A stretch of 64,000 bases of DNA from a virus. Position 1 is the stretch's first letter; each line of letters starts with the position of its first letter. The notes beneath the pieces were generated by a model. It was not told where the DNA came from. It ran no database searches and saw only the letters and a list, made by a program, of their open reading frames with translations. The position numbers and the translations under genes were made by a program. The stretch covers positions 11,718 through 75,717 of IMG/VR virus record IMGVR_UViG_3300028883_000046; one strand, written 5' to 3'. Of the stretch, positions 37,459-46,626 are shown piece after piece.

Positions 37459-38555
37459 TATAACCCCCTGTATTCTCTTTCCTCTACCTCTTCTTGGAAA
37501 AGATCCTCGATATCGTTCCATATTTTTTCTACTTCTTTGGCAAGTTTTTTCTGTAACCCTCTTTCTTCTACTGCCAAACAAAAGTCATGAAGCTTTCCTT
37601 CAAGCTTTATGCCCTCCCATTTTTTCTTGCCTTTCTTTTTCAAATACATTGCATTGGATAGAATATCATCCATTCCATAGTCAAATAGGAAAGCAAACTC
37701 GGCAGATCTAAAGGATAATCCTACTTTGCTTCTTTCAACTTTTAATTCACAATGCATCCCGTAAACTTTGCTTTCCTTGTTTTTTGTTTTTGAGAGTTTT
37801 TGAACAACTCTAATCCAGGGTACCAAGTGAGTGTAGAAGTTTAAAGCATCTCCGCCGGTTCTGTATTTCTTCTTCCCAAATACAACGCCAATTTTTTGTT
37901 TCGTTTGGCTTATAACAATAAGTGTTGCGTCCGTGTTATTGTCTTCTAACATTTCGCACGCCTCGGAAAAGAAGGACCAGGCGAATTGCTGTTTTTTCAT
38001 ATTGAAACCTTTTATAATGTCTTCGTCTTTTTCTTCCAAAATCTTTGTATCATGAATGCTTTTGAAGCTGTCCCAAGAATCAATGATGTAAAGAAGCGCT
38101 TCGTTTTCTTTTAGCTTCTTACACTCTTCCATATAATCTCTTCCAACCGATTCTATTGTTTTGCTTCTTCGCCATTTTATCGAGTCTATGAATTTTTGTC
38201 CATACATTTTTTCAAGCGGGAAGTCCATAACACCTTCGCCGTTGTTGTATATGACTTTGGGCACTTTATTGCTTCCGAATATTTTACTTTTCATTTTTGG
38301 TATTGTTTTAAGAAAGGATAGGCAAGTTTCTAATGCTATAAGAGTTTTGCCGCTTGAGCCATCGCCCACAAAGTTTGTAACCCGACAACGAGGCACGCCG
38401 TTCTTTCTCTTTCCTGAGACTGCAAGATTTATCATCGTGCAACCACTTGAAAAAAATTCAACGTTTACTTTCCTTAGTTTGGAACGTTTTTTGATCTCAT
38501 TCTTTATTTGTTTGGCGGCTCTATCAAATTTATTTCTTTTTCTTCTTTTTATCAT
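37458..38555 (-). CDS. RecA/UvsX-like recombinase
   Basis: Walker A 'GDGSSGKT', 'IIDSW', 'TGGDALNFY'. Confidence 0.88.
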   Translation of the reverse strand: MIKRRKRNKFDRAAKQIKNEIKKRSKLRKVNVEFFSSGCTMINLAVSGKRKNGVPRCRVTNFVGDGSSGKTLIALETCLSFLKTIPKMKSKIFGSNKVPKVIYNNGEGVMDFPLEKMYGQKFIDSIKWRRSKTIESVGRDYMEECKKLKENEALLYIIDSWDSFKSIHDTKILEEKDEDIIKGFNMKKQQFAWSFFSEACEMLEDNNTDATLIVISQTKQKIGVVFGKKKYRTGGDALNFYTHLVPWIRVVQKLSKTKNKESKVYGMHCELKVERSKVGLSFRSAEFAFLFDYGMDDILSNAMYLKKKGKKKWEGIKLEGKLHDFCLAVEERGLQKKLAKEVEKIWNDIEDLFQEEVEEREYRGL

Positions 38556-38570
38556 GGCTCAATCCTATGA

Positions 38571-38614
38571 ACAAAAACGCTCTTCCCTAAGTAAATAGAA
38601 GAAGAGCGTTTTGT
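38571..38614 (-). terminator. Hairpin terminator after SSB
   Basis: AAAACGCTCTTC / GAAGAGCGTTTT inverted repeat with T-rich tail on the - strand. Confidence 0.7.
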
Positions 38615-38630
38615 CCTTATTTAGAAATGG

Positions 38631-39887
38631 TTAGATTTGCTCTTCTATGATCTCTTCTATCAGATCGTCCTTGTCTGATTTGCCATAGTAGCTAAGATCG
38701 ATATCGAGCTTGTGTTTTTTAACGTACTTCTTCAATTTGATGAAACTCATTTTTTCAAGGGTTTCCCGAAGTTCGTCTTCCTCGTCGTCCTCCTCGTCTT
38801 CGTCCTCATCTTCGTCCTCATCGTCTTCCTCTTCGTCTTCGTCTTCATCTTCTTTGGAGATAAACGGCGGCACAGACCGGTCTTCGTCCTCGTCGTCCTC
38901 GTCGTCCTCGTCTTCCTCGTCTTCGAGCATTTCCTCGATTTGTTTTTTTACTTTCTTTTTCTCTTTTCTGAACTTGCCATCCTCGTCAATCTCAATATCA
39001 ATTTCGTTTTCTTCGACAAATTCAGCCAGATCCTCAAGATCCTCAATTTCGTCCAAATCTTCCAACAATCCTTCGACTACTTCTTCCAAAGATTTTTTCT
39101 TTTTTGCTTTCTTGCCGGTTTTCTTCTTTTTGTCGTCCTCGTCTTCTCCGCTAAACATGGCGTTTTTCATTTCTTCGTATGAGGCGAGTTGGACAAGCTC
39201 ATCCAAGGCGTGGGCAGTCTTGAGGATCTTTATATCGATTTCATAATTGCGGTCGTCAAAAGCATGTCCGACGTATTTAGGATAATCGTCTTTACTCTTT
39301 GCTTTTTCTACCGTAAAAGAAATTGATTTGCCATTTTCAGGATCGATAAAGTTGACAGTCTTGTCTTCTTTGCCTTGACGGGAAGGTTTTCTACTGATGG
39401 CCATCAAAGGTTTTTCAAAATAGAAATTTGCTACATCCCAAACCTGGACGCCTTTCTTCGTCTCTTTCTTATCATCGTAGGATATGACGTTATACATATT
39501 CCTCGTCTTGGGCCACCACTTCTTATAGTTGTCGTCGTCGTTCTCTCTCAACTTCTCCCTATGTTCGCAGGCCGGGCACTTCTTCCCATACATGCGCGGG
39601 CAAACATATTCGATATTGTTTGGTCCGAGGCGATGCATTTGGTATTCGAAAGTGTACGTTTGGGCACCCTCTTCTACCGCTGGATCGTTACTGCCAGCGA
39701 AGTAAGGAATAATATCGATGATATGTGTGCCCTCTTTAGGGAAGTAAAAGCTTACGTTCAAATCATCTTTAAAGACGTTTGATTTGTAGCCTTTTGCCTT
39801 CTCTTGGTTCTTTTTAATTCTCTTTACCAACTCGTCTTGCTGAAACATCCTTTTCTTGCGGTTGATCTTTTTCTTGTTTTTCTTCAT
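38631..39887 (-). CDS. Single-stranded DNA-binding protein (gp32-like) with long acidic region
   Basis: 'H....VCP....CPAC' Zn site, 'GVQVW', 'DPENG'; D/E-rich C-terminal half; beside RecA. Confidence 0.75.
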   Translation of the reverse strand: MKKNKKKINRKKRMFQQDELVKRIKKNQEKAKGYKSNVFKDDLNVSFYFPKEGTHIIDIIPYFAGSNDPAVEEGAQTYTFEYQMHRLGPNNIEYVCPRMYGKKCPACEHREKLRENDDDNYKKWWPKTRNMYNVISYDDKKETKKGVQVWDVANFYFEKPLMAISRKPSRQGKEDKTVNFIDPENGKSISFTVEKAKSKDDYPKYVGHAFDDRNYEIDIKILKTAHALDELVQLASYEEMKNAMFSGEDEDDKKKKTGKKAKKKKSLEEVVEGLLEDLDEIEDLEDLAEFVEENEIDIEIDEDGKFRKEKKKVKKQIEEMLEDEEDEDDEDDEDEDRSVPPFISKEDEDEDEEEDDEDEDEDEDEEDDEEDELRETLEKMSFIKLKKYVKKHKLDIDLSYYGKSDKDDLIEEIIEEQI

Positions 39888-40029
39888 TTCTTCCTCCAAA
39901 GTTTTCTTTGATGGTTCTGACAATTGCAAGTGTTATTAACCTTGACAAGGTGTAAAAGAATACAAAAACGGCAAATAGCCCGCCGATTGATAGGATTGTG
40001 ATAGACAATATGTTGAATAGTTGCTCCAT
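39814..40029 (-). CDS. Small membrane protein
   Basis: Hydrophobic N-terminal segment. Confidence 0.45.
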   Translation of the reverse strand: MEQLFNILSITILSIGGLFAVFVFFYTLSRLITLAIVRTIKENFGGRNEEKQEKDQPQEKDVSARRVGKEN

Positions 40030-40030
40030 G

Positions 40031-40507
40031 TTATCGTCTTCTTATAGAGTGTTTTTGATTTAGCTCTTCTTCGATTTGTTTCCTTGTTTGTCGATTGAAT
40101 TGCTTTTCGTATTCTCTCGGTACTCTTACCTCAGAATTTTTCTCCCTGTGAATATGGTAGAGGTAACTTTCCAACATTCTCTTTCTTTGTTCGAATGCTT
40201 TTTCGGCTTTATAAATAAGCTTATAATTGTTTCTTGCCTTGTTAAATCGTTTTAAAGCAATCTTTACTCTTTGATTGGAAGCCACTTCTGATTTAATCGC
40301 GCCCTCGGTGGTTTTATCTCCTTTCTTTCTGATTTTCTTCTCAACCTCGATAACGATTAAATCATAAGCATCCTTGGCCTTGTCTTTTTCTACTTCCGCT
40401 TCTGCGGCAAGTTGTGCCCAATCGTAATACTTTTGGGCTTGCTCTAACAATTCCTTGTCAATCTTGTATTTATTAATTGACAAGTCGGCCCTTGAGTTTG
40501 TCTTCAA
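40031..40507 (-). CDS. UvsY-like recombination mediator (putative)
   Basis: Helical; 'TEGAIKSEV', 'AFEQRKRML'; beside SSB and RecA. Confidence 0.55.
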   Translation of the reverse strand: MKTNSRADLSINKYKIDKELLEQAQKYYDWAQLAAEAEVEKDKAKDAYDLIVIEVEKKIRKKGDKTTEGAIKSEVASNQRVKIALKRFNKARNNYKLIYKAEKAFEQRKRMLESYLYHIHREKNSEVRVPREYEKQFNRQTRKQIEEELNQKHSIRRR

Positions 40508-40522
40508 AATTACCTCCTTTCA

Positions 40523-41080
40523 TTAATTCCCAAAAACTTCTCTTTTAAGTATTTCCAAATCGCTTTTCATTTCGTTCATTATTGAAATGAAATGAAATCT
40601 GAATTCGTTCATATTTTTTGAATTTTGCCTTGCCAATTCTAAATCTGATTCCAGTCTACTGTTTTCTTTCTGTAGTCTTTCCTGTTCCAATTCTGCCGTT
40701 TTGACTGTAAAGGTGTAGTTCATTTTCTCTTCGTCAAACTTCTTTGCTTCCTCTTCCAACCGATTATCAATCTTCCTATCCTCTTCATCGGAACGCAAGC
40801 CTTCCTCTATTCGATTCATACGGATAGATAAGTTGTCTAATTTGGCAAACAGTTTTTTAATTTGCTTTTTTTGACTTTCAATTGCTTCTCTTTGGCTTAC
40901 AATGGCAATATTTATTTCAGATTTTACAAAGCCCTTGTTGGCTATAAACCTATTTGCCAATTGTTTTGTAACCTCTTCGGTTGTAATGCTTCGCAAATAC
41001 TTTTCAAAATTTCTGGCAAAATCTTTCGAATTCATGTTTTTCTCCTTTTCTTCTTCTATATAATTATAGAAGATTTTCAA
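40523..41080 (-). CDS. Coiled-coil hypothetical protein
   Basis: Heptad-rich ORF; true start may be MNSKDF. Confidence 0.55.
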   Translation of the reverse strand: MKIFYNYIEEEKEKNMNSKDFARNFEKYLRSITTEEVTKQLANRFIANKGFVKSEINIAIVSQREAIESQKKQIKKLFAKLDNLSIRMNRIEEGLRSDEEDRKIDNRLEEEAKKFDEEKMNYTFTVKTAELEQERLQKENSRLESDLELARQNSKNMNEFRFHFISIMNEMKSDLEILKREVFGN

Positions 41081-44000
41081 AGTTTGTCTTTTGCTAATGA
41101 TTTAAGCAACTTTCTAAACTTCTTCATTCCTGTTTTGAAATAAACTTCGTTTTCGGGATTGTGCAACTTGGCGGCTGGGTGGATACAATATACTATCCAA
41201 CAACCGAACTTTTCGGACCATATTGTCTTGCCACTCATTTTAGATATTCCAGTTTTCTTTCCTTCAAAGAATTCCAAAGAAGTATTACCAAAGGCCAGGA
41301 TCAAACAAGGTTTGATTTGCTGTAACTCTTGAGTTAGATAGAGATCGGCGCAAGTTTTTATCTGTTTTGAATTCGGCTTTCTACTCTTTGATGGGAAACA
41401 CTTGGCAACATTCGTAACGTGAAATAACTCTCTTGGATATTTAACCGCGGTCCATACTTCTTTACCAGATCTACCAACAAACCCTTTCCCTTTTTCGTCT
41501 TCTTCTTTTCCAGGTGCTTCTCCGACTATTGCAACATTCAACTCGCCAGGTGAAGGCTTCACGGGCTTTCTACACTCTTCGCATAGTTCGCATTTTTTAC
41601 AATCAACGAAATTTTCAATTGGGTTATATGCGGGAGAGTCGTAAGGCTTAAAAGATTTTCTTTTTGCTATACTGCCAAGCTTTTTAATATCTTTTACTTC
41701 TCCGGCTAAAATATCGTCTAATCGATCAAGTCTTATAGAGCCACCAAACAGTTTATAAAGTCTTGAGTAATTGCTTTTTGGATTGGATACGATTCGAAAC
41801 TTAAAAAGATCTTTAACCTCTTCTGTAATTGCCGCGCTATTGTTTGGATCATTCGCACCAATCAAAAGTAGCTTCTTTTCAAGACTACTAATATCCTTTG
41901 ATGCTTTCTTCTTTTTTGGTTTCTTAGAAAAGAACTTTGTTAATGCACCATCCTCAATTTTTGTAAATTTAAATTGAGAAGCCTCAAGTGCCGTCTTTTG
42001 TCCTAAACCTTTTACTTCCACAAAAGGCACGAGTAATTTATTATCTCTTGCTTTCCATTCGAAAGGATCGTTTATATCGACTTTGGGAAGCTGAAGGATC
42101 AATCCAAGTCTATATGCTTCTTCTATCAACTCAGGTTTCTTTTTATCGTCACCAAACGAAAGGGAAGAGCAAACAAACTCGGTTGGAAAGTAGTATTTCA
42201 GCCATGCGCACCAATATGCGAGCATGGCATATTCAACACTATGGGCAAGATTAAATGAATATCTTGAATGTTCATGAAGTCCTGTCCAAAACTCTTTCGC
42301 TTCTCTTTTGGAAATGATCTTTGTTTTCTTACAGGCGTCAATAAATATATCTTCATACTCGTCAAACTCTTTAACGTCTCTTTTCTTTCCAATTATCTTT
42401 CTTATTTTGTCGGCCGTAGAATAAGGCAGACCGGCTACTTTATAAATAACCTCCATAACCTGCTCTTGAAAAAGTATTACGCCATAAGTATCTTTGGTTA
42501 GCTCTTCGTAAATTGGATGCTTCTTTTCCCATCTCTTGCCGTGTTTTCTTTCGATGTATTGGGCAGTCATTCCGCTATTCATTGGCCCAGGTCTAACAAG
42601 TGCTACCGAGTCAACTATGTGCCTAAATTTATCCACTCCCATCTCTCTTATTAAGTTGGTCATTGAATAAGTATTTAATTGAAAAACTCCCGTGTTATTA
42701 CCCTTGCTTATTTCTTTCAATACGGCTTTATCATTTAGGTTAAGCTTTTCAAGATTAATATCTTTGCCGTGATTTTCTCGAATTAAGGTTAAAACATTAC
42801 TCAAAATAGAAAGAAGTTTTAATCCAAGGGAGTCGAGCTTCATAAACCCCATATATTCTGCGTCTTCTTTTTCCCAGTTTATAAGTTTTACGCCATTTCT
42901 TTCTATTAGGTTACATCTTCCACTCTTCGCTATATCAACCATTGATATTACTATAGCGGCCGCATGTTGACCGTAACCTCTAACCTGTCCCGCTAATTTC
43001 TTCGCAAGATTGATAACTTTAGGATAGTTATTATAAAACTCTTGGCATTCACGATAGTTTGCAATTGCGCTTTCGATTTTTTCCGCTTCGGAAACCGGCT
43101 CGATATCATCTATCAATTTTGTGAAGGCGTTTACTTCGGATTGCTTTACGTCAAATACTCTTGCAACATCTTGAACCGCGGCTCTTGCTTTCATCCTATT
43201 AAAAGAAGAAACGCCGGCGATATTATTCTCTCCATATAACTCTTCCAAATGTTCTTTTATTAAATGCCTTTTTGAGTCTTCAAAATCAATATCAATGTCT
43301 GGATAGTCAATTCTATCCTCGTTGATAAATCGAGCAAAGTAAAGTTTATGAACGATAGGATCAACCGAAGTAATGTTCATAAGATATGCAATGAGACTTC
43401 CACCAACAGATCCTCTACCTGGACCGATTAGGATTTTGTTTTCTCTACACCAATTACATAGTTCCCAAACTATTAAAAAATATCTTGAAAAGTTTTTACT
43501 CTTAATAATTCCATACTCTTCTTTTAACCTTTCAAAATATATCTTTTGCTTTTTTATGGATTCGCCAAATCTTTTCTTAAATCCTTTAACACAAAGTCTC
43601 CAGAGGAATTTGTCTTCTTCGTCAGGCGCGATACCTTCTACCTCAGGCAATTCTATTTCTTGCTGTTTGATTCTAAAATCGCAACATTTCTTTGCCAACT
43701 CTATGGTATTATCCAAATACTCTTTTTTATAAATTTTTGCTTTCTTTAGAACCCTTATCATTTCTTTTTCAGATCTTAGGTGAAGACCCTTAATATCAAA
43801 TTTAAATCTGTTAGGATCGTCCCATTTTACTTTCCGTTGAATTGCCAACATTACTTCCTGAACTTTATGATCCGATGGTCTAATATAATGACAGTCGTTT
43901 GTTGCAATTATTTTTGTATTGGTTCGCTTTGCCAGCTTGATAATACGACGATTATACTTTCGTTGAATCTCCATATCATGCGGCATGATTTCTGCATACA

Positions 44001-44475
44001 AATCGTCTCCCATTTTCTTCTTCAATTTTTCAAAAAACTTTTCACCTCCCTGTATGTTTACAAAACTACCTAAACAAGCTGTTCCAAATATCAAACCCCT
44101 TCGGTATTTTAAAAGAGTTTTAAAATCTATTCTTGGTTTGTAGTAATACCCTTCAAGGTTGGCAATCGAAAGCATTTTACAAAGATTTTTAAATCCTGAT
44201 TTGTTCTTAACCCAGATTGTGATATGGCCAATCTGTGCTTTTTTCTTATACTCTTTTACAAGATATCCTTCACAACCAAGGATAGGATTAATTCCTTCTT
44301 TGTCGCAGGCTTTTTGAAATTTAATAAGACAATCAATGTTGCCGTGATCCGTACAAGCCATATACTTCATGCCAAGCTTTTTGGCTCTTTTTGCAAAGTC
44401 TTCTGGAAAACCAAAGCCGTCCAATTTGCTTTGGGTAGTATGTAAATGCAGATGGCAGAAATTACTTTTATTCAT
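41077..44475 (-). CDS. dnaE: DNA polymerase III alpha subunit fused to a C-terminal family-4 uracil-DNA glycosylase domain
   Basis: PHP 'HLHLHT','TDHG','TNDCHY'; 'GRGSVGGSL'; 'PDIDIDF'; 'KLD'; then 'CKKC..C','VGEAPG..ED..G.GFVG.SG','TNVAKCFP','HPAA'. Confidence 0.93.
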   Translation of the reverse strand: MNKSNFCHLHLHTTQSKLDGFGFPEDFAKRAKKLGMKYMACTDHGNIDCLIKFQKACDKEGINPILGCEGYLVKEYKKKAQIGHITIWVKNKSGFKNLCKMLSIANLEGYYYKPRIDFKTLLKYRRGLIFGTACLGSFVNIQGGEKFFEKLKKKMGDDLYAEIMPHDMEIQRKYNRRIIKLAKRTNTKIIATNDCHYIRPSDHKVQEVMLAIQRKVKWDDPNRFKFDIKGLHLRSEKEMIRVLKKAKIYKKEYLDNTIELAKKCCDFRIKQQEIELPEVEGIAPDEEDKFLWRLCVKGFKKRFGESIKKQKIYFERLKEEYGIIKSKNFSRYFLIVWELCNWCRENKILIGPGRGSVGGSLIAYLMNITSVDPIVHKLYFARFINEDRIDYPDIDIDFEDSKRHLIKEHLEELYGENNIAGVSSFNRMKARAAVQDVARVFDVKQSEVNAFTKLIDDIEPVSEAEKIESAIANYRECQEFYNNYPKVINLAKKLAGQVRGYGQHAAAIVISMVDIAKSGRCNLIERNGVKLINWEKEDAEYMGFMKLDSLGLKLLSILSNVLTLIRENHGKDINLEKLNLNDKAVLKEISKGNNTGVFQLNTYSMTNLIREMGVDKFRHIVDSVALVRPGPMNSGMTAQYIERKHGKRWEKKHPIYEELTKDTYGVILFQEQVMEVIYKVAGLPYSTADKIRKIIGKKRDVKEFDEYEDIFIDACKKTKIISKREAKEFWTGLHEHSRYSFNLAHSVEYAMLAYWCAWLKYYFPTEFVCSSLSFGDDKKKPELIEEAYRLGLILQLPKVDINDPFEWKARDNKLLVPFVEVKGLGQKTALEASQFKFTKIEDGALTKFFSKKPKKKKASKDISSLEKKLLLIGANDPNNSAAITEEVKDLFKFRIVSNPKSNYSRLYKLFGGSIRLDRLDDILAGEVKDIKKLGSIAKRKSFKPYDSPAYNPIENFVDCKKCELCEECRKPVKPSPGELNVAIVGEAPGKEEDEKGKGFVGRSGKEVWTAVKYPRELFHVTNVAKCFPSKSRKPNSKQIKTCADLYLTQELQQIKPCLILAFGNTSLEFFEGKKTGISKMSGKTIWSEKFGCWIVYCIHPAAKLHNPENEVYFKTGMKKFRKLLKSLAKDKL

Positions 44476-44498
44476 TTCTTCTCCTTCAACCTTTGCTT

Positions 44499-45167
44499 CT
44501 ATAATTTTTTTTGATAATTTTTAAGTTTATTAAATTCTTTTATGAACGTACTTTTACCGGACTGTCTGCTTATTTTAAGATGATATTTTCTCTCTTGAAT
44601 GAGTGCTCTTTTCTTAAAATCATCAAATTCTCTTTTTAAATCATCTACTTTTTCTCTTTTTAAATCATCTACTTTTTGTTGGAACTCTTTTAATTTTTTA
44701 TCGTTTATTTCTTTTTTATAAAATTTTGACGCGATTTCTTTACCTAAAATAGCTTCAATGTTTTTTTCTGTAATTGTAGCAATTTGAGGATGTTCAAATC
44801 TATTTTCACCTTCGATTACTCCTTTTATCTTGATTTCTCTACAATGCAGATCGTCCTCAACATCGATATATTTTTTAATCTCTTCCAAATAGCTTTCGGA
44901 TATTTTCATATTCAAATAGATTTGGATTACTTCATGAATATTTTTTAACGAATAGAATATTCTTTGATTTACTTCTGGAATATATTCTGGCATATATTGA
45001 TCTTTGCCCCACCAAACATGAGACATTGTTTCTCCGCAACATCTACAAGTAATTAGAAATGGGGTAACTCCATCTCTGCTATTCCATATTTTTTCTACAA
45101 CACCACAATCACCATTTTCGCATTTATAATGCATTAAACAAAATGCTTCTGAGTGTATATGCTTCAT
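44499..45167 (-). CDS. Hypothetical protein with Zn ribbon and a short tandem repeat
   Basis: 'C....C...WNSRDGVTPF...C.CC'; KVDDLKRE x2. Confidence 0.6.
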   Translation of the reverse strand: MKHIHSEAFCLMHYKCENGDCGVVEKIWNSRDGVTPFLITCRCCGETMSHVWWGKDQYMPEYIPEVNQRIFYSLKNIHEVIQIYLNMKISESYLEEIKKYIDVEDDLHCREIKIKGVIEGENRFEHPQIATITEKNIEAILGKEIASKFYKKEINDKKLKEFQQKVDDLKREKVDDLKREFDDFKKRALIQERKYHLKISRQSGKSTFIKEFNKLKNYQKKL

Positions 45168-45220
45168 TTTCTTTATCTCCTAATATTTTATATCATCTTC
45201 GATAAAGTTTCTTTTACTCT

Positions 45221-45442
45221 TTAAAAATCTATCCGGGTCAAATTCGCATTTCTTCTCCTAATCGATTTCAAAGTTTTTAACGGGCACCAAAACGGAATTT
45301 TGTATCCCTTGTTAAAAGTCTTCATAACCAATCCACACATATAGTTGGCGCCCATTGGATGATGTATCATTGAAAAGTGTGGACAGTCCATACACTTCGT
45401 TATAATCAAAATCTTTTTTACTTCTCGCTTTCTTCTTTTCAT
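45221..45442 (-). CDS. Small Cys-rich protein
   Basis: 'CMDCPHF...C...IPFWCPL'. Confidence 0.6.
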   Translation of the reverse strand: MKRRKREVKKILIITKCMDCPHFSMIHHPMGANYMCGLVMKTFNKGYKIPFWCPLKTLKSIRRRNANLTRIDF

Positions 45443-45451
45443 GTTCGCCTC

Positions 45452-45685
45452 TTAATATTTTACATCGTCTTCAACAAACTTCTTTTTACTCTTTAAAAAT
45501 CTATCCGGATCGAACTCGTCCTTGCCTCTTAACTCTGCCTGTTCTATTTGCTTTTTTAAAAAAAGATATTCTTTTATTGCCAAATCAAGCCTTTTGATCT
45601 CTCTTACAATCGTCTTAATCCTGAGTTTCAGAGTATAGCGCCTGTTTTTCAAATGTTCTTTATGTAATTCTATGGATAGCTTCAT
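45452..45685 (-). CDS. Hypothetical protein
   Basis: AAGGAG RBS before ATG 45685; coiled coil ending 'EFDPDRFLK'. Confidence 0.6.
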   Translation of the reverse strand: MKLSIELHKEHLKNRRYTLKLRIKTIVREIKRLDLAIKEYLFLKKQIEQAELRGKDEFDPDRFLKSKKKFVEDDVKY

Positions 45686-45695
45686 AAATATCTCC

Positions 45696-46613
45696 TTAAT
45701 CAGAATAAATAGAGGCAATAGTTAGAATTATCGCAGGCATTCCTATCTCTAATGTTTTGCAATGATAGAAGTACTCTCCAATGGCAAGTGCGTTTTCATT
45801 CATTTTGCCAGAAATAAGAATTTTTGACATATATCCACAAATTGCTCTTTTGATTGTTTCGGGAGGCTCTTTTATCTGCTTTAATAAATCACATATAGTT
45901 TTGTACTTTTCCCTCCTTAGAAGTAATTGACATAATTCCACCAATTCTTTGCTTACCATTTCATCGATATATTCATATCCTTCAATTATCTTTTTGATTT
46001 GTTTTTTCGACTTCATGTTGGATATTGAATCGAGGATAAGAAGAAGTTTTCTTGGTATGCCGTTGGAAGACAAAATAATGTCTCTATATAAACTCTTGTC
46101 TATGGTTAGCTTTTCTTTTTTAATTATTCTTTTTAATAGTGTTTTTGATTCTCCATAATCAAGCTTGTTAAGCTTGTGAATAACACATCTTGATTTTACT
46201 GCCGGAAGTAATTTTTGCGGATCAGTAGTACAAAGAACAAAAAGAACGTCTTTGGGAGGCTCTTCAAGTATTTCGAGCATGGCGTCCTGAAATTGTTTTG
46301 TGGCTTCATGGCATTCGTTTAATACTATTGTTTTGCCTGTTCCCAATAAGGAGTGAGTTTGCACGGAATCTATAATTGCTCTTGCGTTTTCAATTCCTCT
46401 TGTTTTGGAAATATTCAACTCTATCAATTCTGATTTTCTTATTTTCCCAATTATTCTTGCAATGGTTGTTTTACCACAACCAGTCTCTCCAACAAGAAGT
46501 ATAGAGGATGGCCATTTTTCGACATTCGAAATATATTCCTTTATCGAGTCGTTTCCTAAAATTCTTTTGATGTTTTTTACTCTATGCTTTTTATCGAAGG
46601 TTAAATCTTCCAT
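45696..46613 (-). CDS. Clamp loader AAA+ subunit (DnaX-like)
   Basis: 'GETGCGKTTIARI', 'LNECHE', 'LEEPP', 'SRC'. Confidence 0.88.
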   Translation of the reverse strand: MEDLTFDKKHRVKNIKRILGNDSIKEYISNVEKWPSSILLVGETGCGKTTIARIIGKIRKSELIELNISKTRGIENARAIIDSVQTHSLLGTGKTIVLNECHEATKQFQDAMLEILEEPPKDVLFVLCTTDPQKLLPAVKSRCVIHKLNKLDYGESKTLLKRIIKKEKLTIDKSLYRDIILSSNGIPRKLLLILDSISNMKSKKQIKKIIEGYEYIDEMVSKELVELCQLLLRREKYKTICDLLKQIKEPPETIKRAICGYMSKILISGKMNENALAIGEYFYHCKTLEIGMPAIILTIASIYSD

Positions 46614-46626
46614 TTTACTCTCCTTT

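Noticed and set aside
38710-39246. Poly-Ser and hydrophobic ORFs on the + strand
   Set aside because: Antisense shadows of the acidic SSB region.
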